Assembly (NCBI RefSeq): GCF_001194135.2
Contig: NC_069007.1
Span: 6,123,116 to 6,187,115 of the forward strand
Direction of reading: 5' to 3'
Length of the DNA: 64,000 nt
DNA from: Octopus bimaculoides
Lineage: Eukaryota
This document shows, piece after piece, positions 36,523 to 49,635 of this stretch; the first letter of the stretch is position 1; every line of letters starts with the position of its first letter. Under the pieces are notes generated by a model, which saw only the letters and a list, made by a program, of their open reading frames with translations, was not told the origin of the DNA and did not search any database. The translations under genes and the position numbers were made by a program.

Positions 36523-37419
36523 CAGGGGGCCTCAGAAGTCACGAAGGGGTTTCAATATTTAATAACTATTTTAATAATCGTTTGATTTTCATTTTATTTT
36601 AAACTTATATATATATATATAAAAAAGACCCTAAAATTTAAGCATGGAAAAGTACATTATTGAACAGCGGACACATATTGTGAAATTTTATAAGCAAAAC
36701 CAAGGATCAATAATTCGGACTCAACAAGCATATCGCTGTCATTATGGAGCAATGAATCGTCCAAGTGAATCAATTGTCAGGTGATTAATTGGTCGTTTTG
36801 AGGATCAAGCATCAGTAAGTAACCTTCCAAGATTAGGTGTGGGATGACTTCAGAAAAAAATGATAGGACCTTATTCCTTCAAAAATTCACTGGAGATGAA
36901 TACCGATCCATGATGCAGAATGTCTTATGTCCAGTAGTTCAAGATATGCCTGGTGTGTAGTTTCAGCAGTATGGGGCCACAGCTCACACTGCAAGGAACA
37001 CACTGGGAATGCTCAGGTAAATTCCTGATTGAAAATTTATTTCTCTATTTTCAGAGATAAATTGGCCATCTTGTTCTCTAGATCTAACTGCCCCAGGCAT
37101 TTTTCTATGGGGCTATCTTAAGGAAAATGTTTATGTCAACAAGCTTCAAACGATTGCAGATCTTAAAAATAACATTAGAACAGAAATGAGATCACTGGGG
37201 CCACAAATGTTCAGGGCTGTTATGGAAAACACCTTAGAAAAAGCAAGTTCATGTGAATTGGAAAATGGACGCCATTTAAAAGCTGTCATCTTCCATACAT
37301 AGGGGAAATGACTCTCACATCCTATTTCTGTAACTTACCTACTAAAATATCACAATTTTAAAACAAAATAAATGAGATATTAAATATTGAAACCCCTTCG
37401 TGATTTCTGGGCCACCCTG
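36523..37419 (+). mobile_element. DD41D (rosa-type) Tc1/mariner element, internally deleted
   Basis: ~40-bp TIRs (CAGGGGGCCTCAGAAGTCACGAAGGGGTTTCAATATTTAA and its mirror). MEKYIIEQRTHIVKFY; GPTAHTA...NWPSCSLDLTAP..FLWGYLKENVY, with 41 residues between the two inferred D positions. Confidence 0.88.
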
Positions 37420-37440
37420 GATATATATATATATATATCC

Positions 37441-38371
37441 AGGGTGGAAGGATTTCATAGCTACAGGAGTGTGCTTACATCTGGACAACATGTGCATTTT
37501 GAACTGGGGTGTTGTCTCGGAGGAGGTGGTCAGCATGCCATGCCTCTCTGCTTTGATGGCATCTCACAATTTCTGCAGCAGAGAACCAGAATATTCTTCA
37601 TTAATTGTGGTGCCCTTTGCCAGAAAATCCATCATCACTACTCTACGCTGGTCCCAAAAGACTGTGAGCATCATATTGCCTGCTGAGGATTGGACACGAG
37701 CTTTCTTTGGAAGTGGTGAGTTATCGTGCTTCCATTGCTTCGACTGGACTTTAGTCTCAGGTTCATAGGATTAGAGCCATGTACCATCCTGTGTGATAAG
37801 TCTGCCGTAAAAGTTCTCGTTTTCTTGATACATTACCCAAAGAACCTGGAAGAAATTGACTCGTTTTTGATTCTGAAAAAGTGTGAGCATTCACATGTGA
37901 AAATGGTTGATAATGATTTTTTTCCACGGACCCTACACTTATCTTCACTTGTTGGGTTAGTTGCCGAATAGTTATGTGGCAATCCACCAAAATGGCAGCT
38001 TCTACTTTATGGATGGTGTCATCATCAATGGCGGAATGTGATCGTCCAGGCATAGGAGCAGTTTCCATCGATATCCAACTACATTTGAATTGGTGATGCC
38101 AGTGCTTGACGATGGCGCATCATCACTATAAGCTTCTTTCTTTTCATCGAAAGTCTCTTTTGGTGTACGACCTTTCAAGTATAAGAACCTGATCACTGAT
38201 TTGCATTCAACTGCCTCCGTAATAACACCTTAGTCTACTTCAGCAGTCGTAAAAGACAAACAAATACTAGTGGAAAGATGGAATTTACAATATATAATTA
38301 CACCTGTATAAGCTCAGTTTCCTGCAATAACCAAAAGTGAGTGAGGGGAAATCTTTAATGAACACCCCTCA
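37441..38371 (-). mobile_element. mariner relic (irritans-like), 3'-truncated
   Basis: TIR TGAGGGGTGTTCATTAAAGATT after TA; SVIRFLYLKGRTPKET; SAGNMMLTVFWDQ..VVMMDFLAKGTTINEEY. Confidence 0.9.
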
Positions 38372-38402
38372 TACGTGTATGTATGTATGTATGTATATAT
38401 AT

Positions 38403-39768
38403 CAGTGGCGCGCGGTGAATTCCGGGGTTGGGCATGCAATGAATTTCTCCCCCAACCCTGGCAATTTTTCAGTAAAAGAATTTTCGTATTCCTAGTATTT
38501 ACATATGGGAGATTCTGAATACGCAATCACCCCCCTATGACCTAGAATAAGCAGGGAATAAAAAATGGCTCTGGAGAGATGAGCCTGAAATAAGTGTATT
38601 GTTTGTATTTTTCTCTCTCTTCGAAACGTCAGTACTTTCCCATCCTATACCTATTGGTTCAGTTGAATCAATTTGAAATGATTTAATAAAGAGAACACAT
38701 TTAGTTACATTATATGGCCATGGTTTTAGATAGTTACGCTCTGGAAGACAAGCCAGGTGCTTTATCATGCTACTTGTCAATTCCGGGAAAATTATTGATA
38801 CTCAAGCATACTGTTCTGAGACTTACTGAACTCCGTATATTAAAAGACTACGTCTCACGCACACACATTGTAAATACACACATATACATGAATACACACA
38901 CAATGAAAGACAGCGAAAATTCAACATTGTAAAAAGCCCCCCCCCCCCAAAGTCAACATCTCTGATATTGAAACAAGACACTTATTTAGGGCTGTAAATA
39001 GACTACAACCAGCAACACAGAAAGTCTCTTTTCGAAAAACTATTTCTCAAAATATCGTTTATAACACTCATTTCGAAAAAGGCTACTTTTATATAAGAAC
39101 ATACGTCTAAGCATCTGAGTAAATTGTAAGTCATTTCAACAAAACGGAAAAAATAACGTTAGTCAAATTAATTTAAGATTAATTAGCTACTTCTGAAATA
39201 AGAAATATAACATAGATAATATTTTTTTTTTCAGAACACTCCAAAAATATAATAGTGCATACAGATGCTTTGAATAAAAAAAAATTCAAACTTACCGCCA
39301 GGTTATTCCGACATTTGAGCTGGCTAACTCAGGAATTATGGGATTGCTCTGGTTTCGGTCAGAAAGTGGAACGAGGTTTGCGACAATTCTACATTAACAA
39401 GGAGAGAGAGAGAGAGGGAGAGGGGGTGTCTGGCACGTGCGTCTTCTCAAAGCAGACGATCTCAGAGCAGACGATCTCGAAGCAGACGATTTCAAAGCAG
39501 ACGATCTCGAAGCAGACGATCTCGAAGAAGACGACCGATTCACTGAGAGAGTGGGAAGGGGAGGGTAGAATATTTCGAAAACACCTGGACGGAGTTTCTT
39601 TGAAACAAAAGCAACTATTTTATCTNNNNNNNNNNGAGGGTAGAATATTTCGAAAACACCTGGACGGAGTTTCTTTGAAACAAAAGCAACTATTTTATCT
39701 AATTTTCCGATGATATCGATAAAAAAATCACAGAGCATACCTTGTATGCCTGAGAGTGCACGCCCCTG
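38403..39768. mobile_element. Putative non-autonomous hAT-like DNA element
   Basis: Ends CAGTGGCGCGCG... / ...GTGCACGCCCCTG form imperfect TIRs of the CAG(T/G)GGCG type; CpG-retaining interior; TSD unclear within (AT)n. Confidence 0.5.
39446..39535. repeat. 15-bp minisatellite, 6 copies (CTCGAAGCAGACGAT)
   Basis: Directly visible; no spacers. Confidence 0.95.
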
Positions 39769-40127
39769 ATATGTGTGTATATATATATATATATGTGAAT
39801 GTGTCTTTGTGTGTGTGTGTGTGTGGCTTGTTTATGTAAAGTAAAAAAGAGACCAATAGCATAACTGTTAAACTTAAAGAAAAGATAAGTAGTGGTATCA
39901 ATCCTTTCTAAGTCGTACCCTCCTGAAACAAGTAAAATATAAAGATATGTCGATAATAATTTCTATTTTTTTTATGTGTATAATTGCATCAGTATCTAGA
40001 CCTGTTTGTATAATACAACTACACGTTTTTACATCAACAAGCCATGGAATGCTTGAAATAGCTGTAAAGATATATCAAGGACTATATTTTCCATTCATAT
40101 AACATATTCTATAAGGATATAATAGAA

Positions 40128-41107
40128 TCATACTCTAATGGGCGTTATGTCCGTCTGTCTGTCTGTTTGTACCCTCGAAATTACCAATGAGGTAATCAGG
40201 CAGGATTTTATTGAAAACAAAAATGTTTAAGTATGATTTTTTAATGGCTATTGAGGATAATTGTTCACTTTACGGGCGTATAAAAGTAATTAAATATTAC
40301 GGGAGTAAAAAAGGAAATAAAAATTAAAAGTAGATAACTCCTAATACAAGAAGCAAAGGAAAGTAGATCAACTTACTTTTCCACTGAATTACACCATATA
40401 AGAAAGTTTTAGTTTAGCATTGCTTTATTAACGAATGATTGTGATGGTTTTGGCTCATCTTTAATCAGTGTATGACTACTACGAACTTTGTCAATAACGA
40501 TTGTATGCAGAAAGCTGTGTAATGCTTTATTAAATTTTCCTTCGTTCCACGCCATTATGACCTGGAAACGGATATCAGGAATTGGTAGGACTACCAGGAA
40601 AGCTGCTGCTATAAAACATAAGAGAGGATCTAACAGTGAATACAGCCAAGTCCAACAGAATAAGGATACGGAAACTCATAGAATTCGCTGTGATACAGAA
40701 GAGAGAATGTCGGAACAGAGCAGGGATACGCTGGCTCACTAAATAACTCGGAGAAATCCTCAAGTGAGAGCTTCGGAACTGATAAGGAACACTTTAGCTC
40801 GCCGAAAATCAAGACAAGTGCAGTTTCCTATAACACTGGTATTCTCATTCACAGCAAACAAGACACAGGTCCAGACTTTAGCTCGTGTATGTGTACATTT
40901 ACCCACTCCGATGTTTACACACGGCCAGTTATACGTCCCCATGAGTAATTTGAAAATTAGTGTCGACCATACACAAAATATCGTCTACAAAGAAATTTTG
41001 TAATCATATTGATTTTAAAATCAATTTGCACATCTTTCAATACATACTGCTGTTACAACTTTCCTCCCCCATTTTATGCCTCCATCGTAGATGGGTAGAT
41101 TTACTAG
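40128..41107 (+). mobile_element. Internally deleted Helitron
   Basis: Helicase C-terminus QFPITLVFSFTANKTQVQTL..VHLPTPMFTHGQLYV..NIVYKEIL* (PIF1-like motifs); basic N-terminal ORF from ATG 40557; 3' hairpin CCATC-gta-GATGG (41082-41094) then CTAG|T (41104-41107). 5' TC at 40128 (alternative 40108). Confidence 0.9.
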
Positions 41108-41313
41108 TATATATAATGCTTATACATCTTTTTGTCTGTTTATTACTTGCTTCAGCTGTATAATTCTTTTACTCAACTTTTCATCTGGTTAGGAAATCGA
41201 ATTTTAAGAAACTGGAGTAAACCAATCACAAATCCAGCATACATCTTTACTTTGCTTTTACTAGCACCTTCTCACTCATGTATACATACGAAAATACATA
41301 CATACATACACAG

Positions 41314-42095
<782 letters not shown>

Positions 42096-42097
42096 AA

Positions 42098-42480
42098 GGA
42101 GGCGCAATGGCCCAGTGGTTAGGGCAGCGGACTCGCGGTCATAGGATCGCGGTTTCGATTCCCAGACCGGGCGTTGTGAGTGTTTATTGAGCGAAAACAC
42201 CTAAAGCTCCACGAGGCTCCGGCAGGGGATGGTGACAAACCCTGCTATACTCTTCCACTACAACTTTCTCTCACTTTCTCCTACTTCCTGTTTCTGTTGT
42301 GCCTGTAATTCAAAGGGTCAGCCTTGTCACGCGGAATATCCCCGAGAACTACGTTAAGGGTAAACGTGTCTGTGGAGTGCTCAGCCACTTCCACGTTAAT
42401 TTCACGAGCAGGCTGTTCCGTTGATCGGAACAACTGGAAGCCTCGACGTCGTAAGCGACGGAGTGGCAACAACAACAACT
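42098..42480 (+). mobile_element. SINE family A (full length, CpG-rich, young)
   Basis: GGAGGCGCAATGGCCCAGTGGTTAGGG...GGTTTCGATTCCC...(AAC)n; it truncates the gag relic. Confidence 0.95.
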
Positions 42481-42726
42481 CCTTTAAAAAAAAACCTTCT
42501 GACAAACTTTAAAGCTACAATAGACATATTGTGTAAAATTAACGTGCAAGTGGCTGAACACTCCACAGACACGTGTACCCTTAACGTAGTTCTCGGGGAT
42601 ATTCAGTGTGACACAGTGTGACATGGCTGACCCTTTGAATTACAGGGTCTGTTGTGCCTTTTCAAGATAAAATAAACATAAAACAATGTTTTATGGAGTA
42701 TCTATTTACTTTTGTCATGTCTGTGC

Positions 42727-42794
<68 letters not shown>

Positions 42795-43671
42795 ATGCAT
42801 GTATATGTGTGTGTACACACACACACATATATGTTTGTTGGGTCAGTTAGAATGTGTGTTGGATTCTGGATCTATAAAAGCCACTGCAATGTTGGCAGCT
42901 TGATTTCTTGAGTGAGGTTTTGAATGTAGTATGTATGAGTCCATGTGTTTATGTGTGTGTATATATGTGCATGTGTATATACATGTATAGTATATGTAAA
43001 TGTATGTACGTTTGTAGGAGTGTATTTCTGTGCATGTTTGTTTGTTCATGCAAATGTGAATGCATGTGTGTGTGTGTGTGTCTAAACTTTTGCCTCAATA
43101 TATCATAGATTTAACAATTTACAGAGAAGCCATGTTTAAGAGATTTTAACATTTCATAATGGAGAAATTGAAATATTAAATATTTCACTAATGGAATTGT
43201 GATTGCATGAATCAATAAACAGGTAAGAAATAAAACACCTATTTTGATGAAACAAAACAGGTAGTCCATGTGTGGTCACCAGACGTGCTAGAAATAGTAA
43301 CCACATCTGTCCTCAAATAAGATCCAACTGCATTACTCAATTTTTCATTTCTAAGGAGTTGACATCCCTGTTACTGTAGACCCCAGTACATGACTGGTAT
43401 CATAATTTAATCGATTTTGGAAGGCTAAAAGAATTAACTATTCCTTTTAATATTCATGATGTGGAAATCAAAATAGTTCTGCCACAGAAGAATTGACATC
43501 AATTTGTTGTTTTCAGTTTTGTTCTACTAAGGATTGATCAAGATATTAGTCAAGATACTTGCCCAAGGTGCTATGCTGTGAGAGTGAATTTCCGATCTAT
43601 GTGGTTACAAAAGAAACGTCTTACGTTTGCAATTACGTCTAAATCTTCATAACCAACACAGACTGGTTCTC

Positions 43672-44153
43672 TAATCCTTTCGTTACCATTTTTCTGTTGA
43701 AATTCACTGATTTTGTTTCAATTAATTTCAAAAACATTATGAGGAATTTGGTAAAATAATTTTGTTATCAAGGTAGGTTTTAGAACATAAATTAACATGA
43801 GATTTTCGTGGGAGGTTTTAATTTGAATCACTTTAACCCTTTTGTTACTGCATTTCTGTAGAAAAGGACAACCTTTTTTCCAATTAATTTTGAAAATAAG
43901 GAAGAATTTAGTAAAATAACATTTTTGTGTGTTGGGCCTCATGGCATTATGCTGTGCTTGGGTCATAGCATGTCCTGGTATCATGCAAATGGCACCTGTG
44001 CCAGTGGCACATAAAAGCACTCGTTACACTCTCAGAGTGGTTGGCACTAGAAAAGGTATCCAGCTGTAGAAACCAAGGCAAATCAGACTGGAGTCTGGTG
44101 CAGCCTTCCGGCTTGCCAGTCCTGGTAGAACTGCCCAACATGGACATTAAATG

Positions 44154-44207
<54 letters not shown>

Positions 44208-45160
44208 CTGGTATTTGCATCATAAATTAACATGACATTTTGGAGGAAGGTTTTAATACATTTTTTAATTTAACCGTTTTGTTAACATTTTTCTGTTGAA
44301 ATCATTGCTTTTGTATCAATTAATTTTGAAAAGAAGGAAGAATTTAGCAAAATAGCTTTATCCTTATTAAGGTGATGATGTTTGGGACATAAATTAGCAT
44401 GAAACTTTGATAGAAGGTTTAAATTTAGATTATGCTAAAACCTTTTTTAGTATATTTCTGTTGAAATGCAGGGCCTTCCATTTAACTTTGGAAAAAAGGA
44501 AGAATTTAGCAAAATAACATTCTCATTATTAAGGTGATGTTTGGGACATAAATTAACATAAAATTTTGATAGAAGGTGTTAATTAAGATTACTTCAATCC
44601 TTTTCTTACCAAATTTTTATTGAAATTCACTGCTGTCTTTTCTTTTTTTTTTAGATTAATTTTTAAAATATTGAATGATTAGCAAAATACCTTTTTTTTT
44701 ATTTGGGTAGTTTTTAGAACATAAATTAACATGAAATTTTGATGGGAAGTTTTAATTTAGATCACTTAAACCCTTAAACTATTTTTGTTGAAATCATTAA
44801 TTTTGCTTCAATTAATTTTGAAAATATTGAAGAATTTAGTAAAAGAACTTTTTTGTTGTTAAGGTAGCATTGTGTGTTAGAGAGAGAATGGAAGCGTGCT
44901 TGTCTATATATAGTTATGTGTATGTGTGTGTGCGTGTCTATTAAGTGTGTGTGTGCTTCTGGGGGAGGGGGCACATTTGTATGTGTTTAGAACATGAATT
45001 AACCCCAAGTTTTAACAGGTTTTAATTCAAATCACTTTAACCATTCCACAGTTATATTTCTGTTGCAATACACTACCATTGTTTTAATTAATTCTAAAGA
45101 TAATGAAGAATTTGGTAAGTTTTTGGTTTCAAGAGAGTGTTTAAGACATAAATTAACATG
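43672..45160 (+). repeat. Array of ~7 one-ended ~160-bp units of the TTAA-MITE
   Basis: Units start at about 43672, 43833, 44270, 44436, 44594, 44766 and 45037. The second is interrupted by a family-C SINE (43930-44205). Confidence 0.8.
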
Positions 45161-45470
45161 GCTGTGTGATAAGAAGCTTGCTTTCCAACCGCATGGTTCC
45201 AGGTTCAGTCTCACTACATGGCACCTTGGGCAAGTATTTTCTGCTATTGCCTAAGGCTGACCAAAGCCTTGTGAGTGGATTTGGTAGATGGAAACTCAAA
45301 GAAGCCCGTTGTGTGTGCGTGTGTATCCCCAATCACAACTTGACAACTGGTGTCAGTGTGTTTACATCCCCATAACTCAGAGGTTCAGCAAAAGAGACCA
45401 ATAGAATAAGTACTAGGCTTTGGAAAAAAAATATAAAGTAAGTCCTTGGGTCAATTTGTTCGGCTAAAAC
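45158..45470 (+). mobile_element. SINE family B, 3'-truncated
   Basis: Head, CORE-like segment and part of the 3' half. Confidence 0.85.
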
Positions 45471-45474
45471 CCCA

Positions 45475-46180
45475 AAGAATCCCTCTCAATGCATGGCTAT
45501 GATGCTCCCCCACTACTTCTGCTCATGATGAGAGATGCACATATTGTTAGCCATTAAGGGACATGCTCAAGGTCAAGCAACCAACAAGCAAATCTGTGGT
45601 ATTGAGCAGAATATTTGCTATAATATGTCTGCTTCAGCAACTCGACACTGAATGTGTGTGAAATGTAATGGAAAATAGGTGAGTTTCAAAATATTGATGT
45701 CCAGGTGAGAAAGCAAAGTTTGAAAGGATTAATAGTGATTTCCTTTGATCTCTAGATAGAAGTAAGTAGGAAATAACATTTACTGAGCAAAGACAACAAG
45801 CAAATCTGTGGTATTGAGCAGAATATTTGCCATAACGATATTTCTGCTTCAGCAACTCAGTGTGCTGAATCTGTGTGATATGTAATAGAAAGTAGGTCAG
45901 TTATGCGTATCTCTGATGATGAGCAGAAGTAGTGGGGAAGCATCATAACCATGTGTTGAGAGGGATTCTCTGGAGTTTGGATAAATGTAAAAGAAGCAAA
46001 GCTGGAAGGAAATCTTAGCTATTTTTCATACTTTTGAGGTAAGCAAATAGGAAATAACAGTTTCAAAACACTGATGTCCAGGTGACAAAAGCAAAGTTTG
46101 AGGGGAATGGTAGTGATTTCCTTTGATTTCTAGATAGAAGCAAATAGGAAATAACATTTACTGACCAAAGACGCAGAAAA
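45475..46180. repeat. Rearranged family-E repeat (internal duplications and an inversion)
   Basis: 45580-45670 repeats at 45796-45895; 45680-45795 repeats at 46060-46170; 45480-45545 is inverted at 45905-45970. Confidence 0.75.
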
Positions 46181-47317
46181 AAAGAAATTAAAATTTTGTT
46201 ACATAGTATTATCACTCAAAGAATTCCATCTTTAAGAAAAGCTGCTCAAAGACTTTCCTTCCTCTGATATCGATCTCAAATCTCAATGAAGAGAAGATGA
46301 CGTTTTACTGTCTTAGAAGTTAATGCTAACTCATTCCAATTTACAAGATTAGTATCAATCTCATGTAATCGATGGAATTGCAGCTTTCTGAAGAAATTTA
46401 TGGATGCCATAAAAGAGTTGTGTAATATAAGAAAAGTCACGGTATATGATGCGTGTTTGGATTTCGGTGTTATTACAATCAAGACAAAGGATAGACTGTG
46501 ATAGAATTCCTTTAATGGAGAGGAATATCTGGTTATAATTTTGGAGAAATTCGTTATTACAGTCAAAGACAATAGAAGACCAAAGATATAATTTGGATAA
46601 AGTCGTTATTACAACCAAGACAAATGAAGAATGTGATATATAAATTTCAAGAATAATTTGAATGTGAAATAATTTCTGGGAATCTTATTGAATAATGGAG
46701 AGAGACACCTCCCGTTAGAGTCATTAAATTTCTCCTGTAGGCCATATTGTGGAAACTGGGATCAAAGGTCATGCATAGGTCTCGTTAGTCATTTCACAAA
46801 TTAAACCTATTTTCATGCATCTATGGCCCCATCTTTGTTGATTTTGCCTGCAGTTTTCAATGGATTGCTAATTATTCCAATAATCATAAATAAAATTAGG
46901 CCCTTGCTGATTGTTGAACTAATTAAATCATGTTTATATTATACAACTATGCCTCAACAACACATTAGCATATCCAGTAGAGAAAGACTGATAAAGTGTT
47001 TTTCTTGTTTCCATAATGTTGCTCTACTTCTTTCTCGAGTTCAAATCTCACCTGGTTTAACTGCACCTCTCATGCTTCTGAGATCATCTCCTGATAAAAA
47101 ACAAGGACCTGTTGTGTTTTGCAGAAGCTCACTTAGCAACTTCATGGTTCTGGGTTCACTCTCACAGCATGACATCTTGGGCATAGCCCTATACTAACCA
47201 AAGCTTTGTGAGTGGATTTGGGAGATGGTTTAAAATTATCATCAAAGCTTTTTTCAATCTTTTATCCGAAGTAAATGGGTAGATAGAATTATTTATAAAT
47301 ACATACACATATATGTG

Positions 47318-47364
<47 letters not shown>

Positions 47365-47770
47365 ATAATAAGAGTGAAAAAACTACAGAAGGCTTGTGTT
47401 ACATGGTTAAAGTATATATTTAAATTATGTCAGAAAAATGTAAGAAAAATGTTAGAAAAATGTTAGAAAATCTTTTTGGTATATAAACATTGTATTTTGA
47501 GAAATGACTANNNNNNNNNNNNNNNNNNNNNNNNNNNNNNNNNNNNNNNNNNNNNNNNNNNNNNNNNNNNNNNNNNNNNNNNNNNNNNNNNNNNNNNNNN
47601 NNNNNNNNNNNNNNNNNNNNNNNNNNNNNNNNNNNNNNNNNNNNNNNNNNNNNNNNNNNNNNNNNNNATATATATATAAGGATAAGATCATTATTCACTG
47701 CGGTGGTATTTTGGCAATATATGACATGGTGTCTGGATGGACAGCTAAACTGGTGGTTGTATATACGTGC

Positions 47771-47812
<42 letters not shown>

Positions 47813-48049
47813 ACATGAGCATATATGTGAGTATTTGTATGTTTATGTATACATATATATATACATAGAGTAATAATATTAGGGAATAAAAATTTATTCC
47901 AACCTTACAGGCAAAAATCGGTATAATATTACACCGGGTTTCCTAATATATAATATATATGTATATAACTAATTTAGAGACGAACACCCCTCTACAACTC
48001 AGTCAACTCAGAACCCATCAGGGTTGTCAGTCCTTTGCAGAATAGTCAG

Positions 48050-48400
48050 ACGATGAGGCTGCTGTTTTTGTGATGAGCTGATGTGCCATAGGTCACCTGT
48101 ATTTTGGAACCTCCCTGAGAGACCTACCTGCCTAGAGTGACTCTACAAGAAACTTAACTCCAGACGGTAATGTACTTTGAGTTCTATGGAACATGCAAGC
48201 CCCCTTGCTATGACAAGGCTAAACCAAAGAGGGTGCAGTGGGGCTTGCATGGGACTGCCAGCAATGGGGAGCACTGGTGGACTTGGTCAGCTCTATGTGT
48301 GTTGTCGTCTCTGGGGTCACCAACCTGGGATGACCCCCAACTCCATCATGCAAGTGCATGAAGCTAGTAAGCAGCAGACAAGAAGCTTATTGGGCAGTCG
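48050..48400 (+). mobile_element. Probable RTE-clade LINE 5' UTR fragment
   Basis: GAGACCTACCTGCCTAGAGTGACTCTAC...TAACTCCAGACGG...GCAAGCCCCCTTGCTATGACAAGG resembles my recollection of RTE/Expander 5' UTRs; not verified. Confidence 0.4.
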
Positions 48401-48406
48401 TGATGA

Positions 48407-48696
48407 AGAATGGAATAAAATTGTGATGGTGCAAGTAATATATGATTTGATCCAATTTCATGAATAAGCATTTGAATTTGATTAAGTAATTTAATTTGAA
48501 AACATAAGCTGTTTTGTTTTCAGTAGCGGCTGGGGTATTTGGGGGGGTGTATAAATTGAACAGCCCAACTGTTAGTGAATACAACACAGCTTATGTTTTC
48601 AAATTAAATTACTCAATCAAATTCAAATGCTCATTCATCAAATTGGATTAGATCAAATCATATATTACTTGTACCACCACAATTTTATTCCATTCT
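48407..48696. repeat. Foldback element (~130-bp arms, ~25-nt loop)
   Basis: 48407-48537 mirrors about 48562-48696. Confidence 0.9.
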
Positions 48697-48832
48697 GTAT
48701 CACAGCTGCCTGACAAACGGGAACACAAAACTCTGAGTAGCAGTTTTTGAAGCTTTGATAAAAAAATGTATATATATATATATATGGAAAAAAGACAAAG
48801 TAGAAAATGCTAAAATACTTTTATAAAGAACA

Positions 48833-48874
48833 TTACAGAACCGGTTTCGATCCTTGAGATCTTTTCAACAGTAA
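48833..48874 (-). ncRNA. Minimal type-I hammerhead ribozyme motif, U3-A8 variant
   Basis: TTACTG-TTGAAAA-GATC-tcaag-GATC-GAAA-CCGG-TT/CTGTAA. Stem I pairs 5 of 6 bp; stem II 4 bp; palindromic stem III ACCGGT. Confidence 0.72.
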
Positions 48875-49061
48875 ATATGAATAATAAATTTTTGAAAAAT
48901 TATTGAAGAATTAAATTTTGGTAAATTTAAAAGAAAAGTCTTTTTAAAGACATATTTGTATAGTATTCAAGTAACAGGGGCATTTTTCTTGTTTCTGCCT
49001 GTCTCTGTTTCACTTGTTAACTCTTGTGATATCTATGTATGTATGTATATGTATATGTACA

Positions 49062-49635
49062 CAGGGTGTTCCAAAATTAAGGCAACCAGTTCTTTTCAAT
49101 TTTGCCAAAGCAAAATATTGTTATATTTCGGTTCTGAGCATTGTAATGCAATGGTTAAGGAAACACAATTAAGACCACCACATTTCTTCAATATGACCAC
49201 TTCTGTTTTGAATCTTAGCCTTGAGTCTAGGTGCGAATGCTTTACATGTGGCATGCAATTGGTCTTGTAGAATTGAAGCCCATTTCTGGTACAATTTTGC
49301 CCTCAGAGCATCAAGTGAAGCATGAGGAGTACTTGAGATCCATGTCTCCAAAATGGACCAAACGGAAAATTCCAGTGGGTTGAGATCAGGGCTTCTTGAG
49401 GACCAAACATCCTTGTCTATGAACGATGGAATGTTTTTCTGAATCTAGTGTTGTGTCTGTTTGGATCTGTGGGACGGTGCCGAATCCTGTTGGAAGCTCC
49501 AATGTGTGCCTTGAAAGTATTCATTCACCCATGAAAGCAGTTCAGCTTCCAAAATTTCACTAATGTATCACTGGGTGTAAATTTTACCCCCTGAGGATAA
49601 AAAAATGAGGGGAGACCTTCCAGTGGCCCAGCCTT
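49062..49635 (-). mobile_element. DD37D (maT) transposase 3' relic with TIR
   Basis: WSFQQDSAPSHRSK...VWSSRSPDLNPLEFSVWSILE...; TIR CAGGGTGTTCCAAAATTAAGGCAACC. Confidence 0.9.

Noticed and set aside
39446-39535. CRISPR-like array (also 59438-59540 and 51106-51320)
   Set aside because: Contiguous tandem units without unique spacers, eukaryotic context, and no cas genes.
39290-39560. CpG-rich host promoter or first exon with a minus-strand GTAAGT donor
   Set aside because: It lies inside a TIR-bounded element (38403-39768) and the only nearby ATG gives MSE*. A transposon interior explains it better.
42098-42170. tRNA genes at SINE heads (families A, B, D, F and the foldback SINE)
   Set aside because: They have A/B boxes but no complete cloverleaf or acceptor stem, and they run into repeat bodies.
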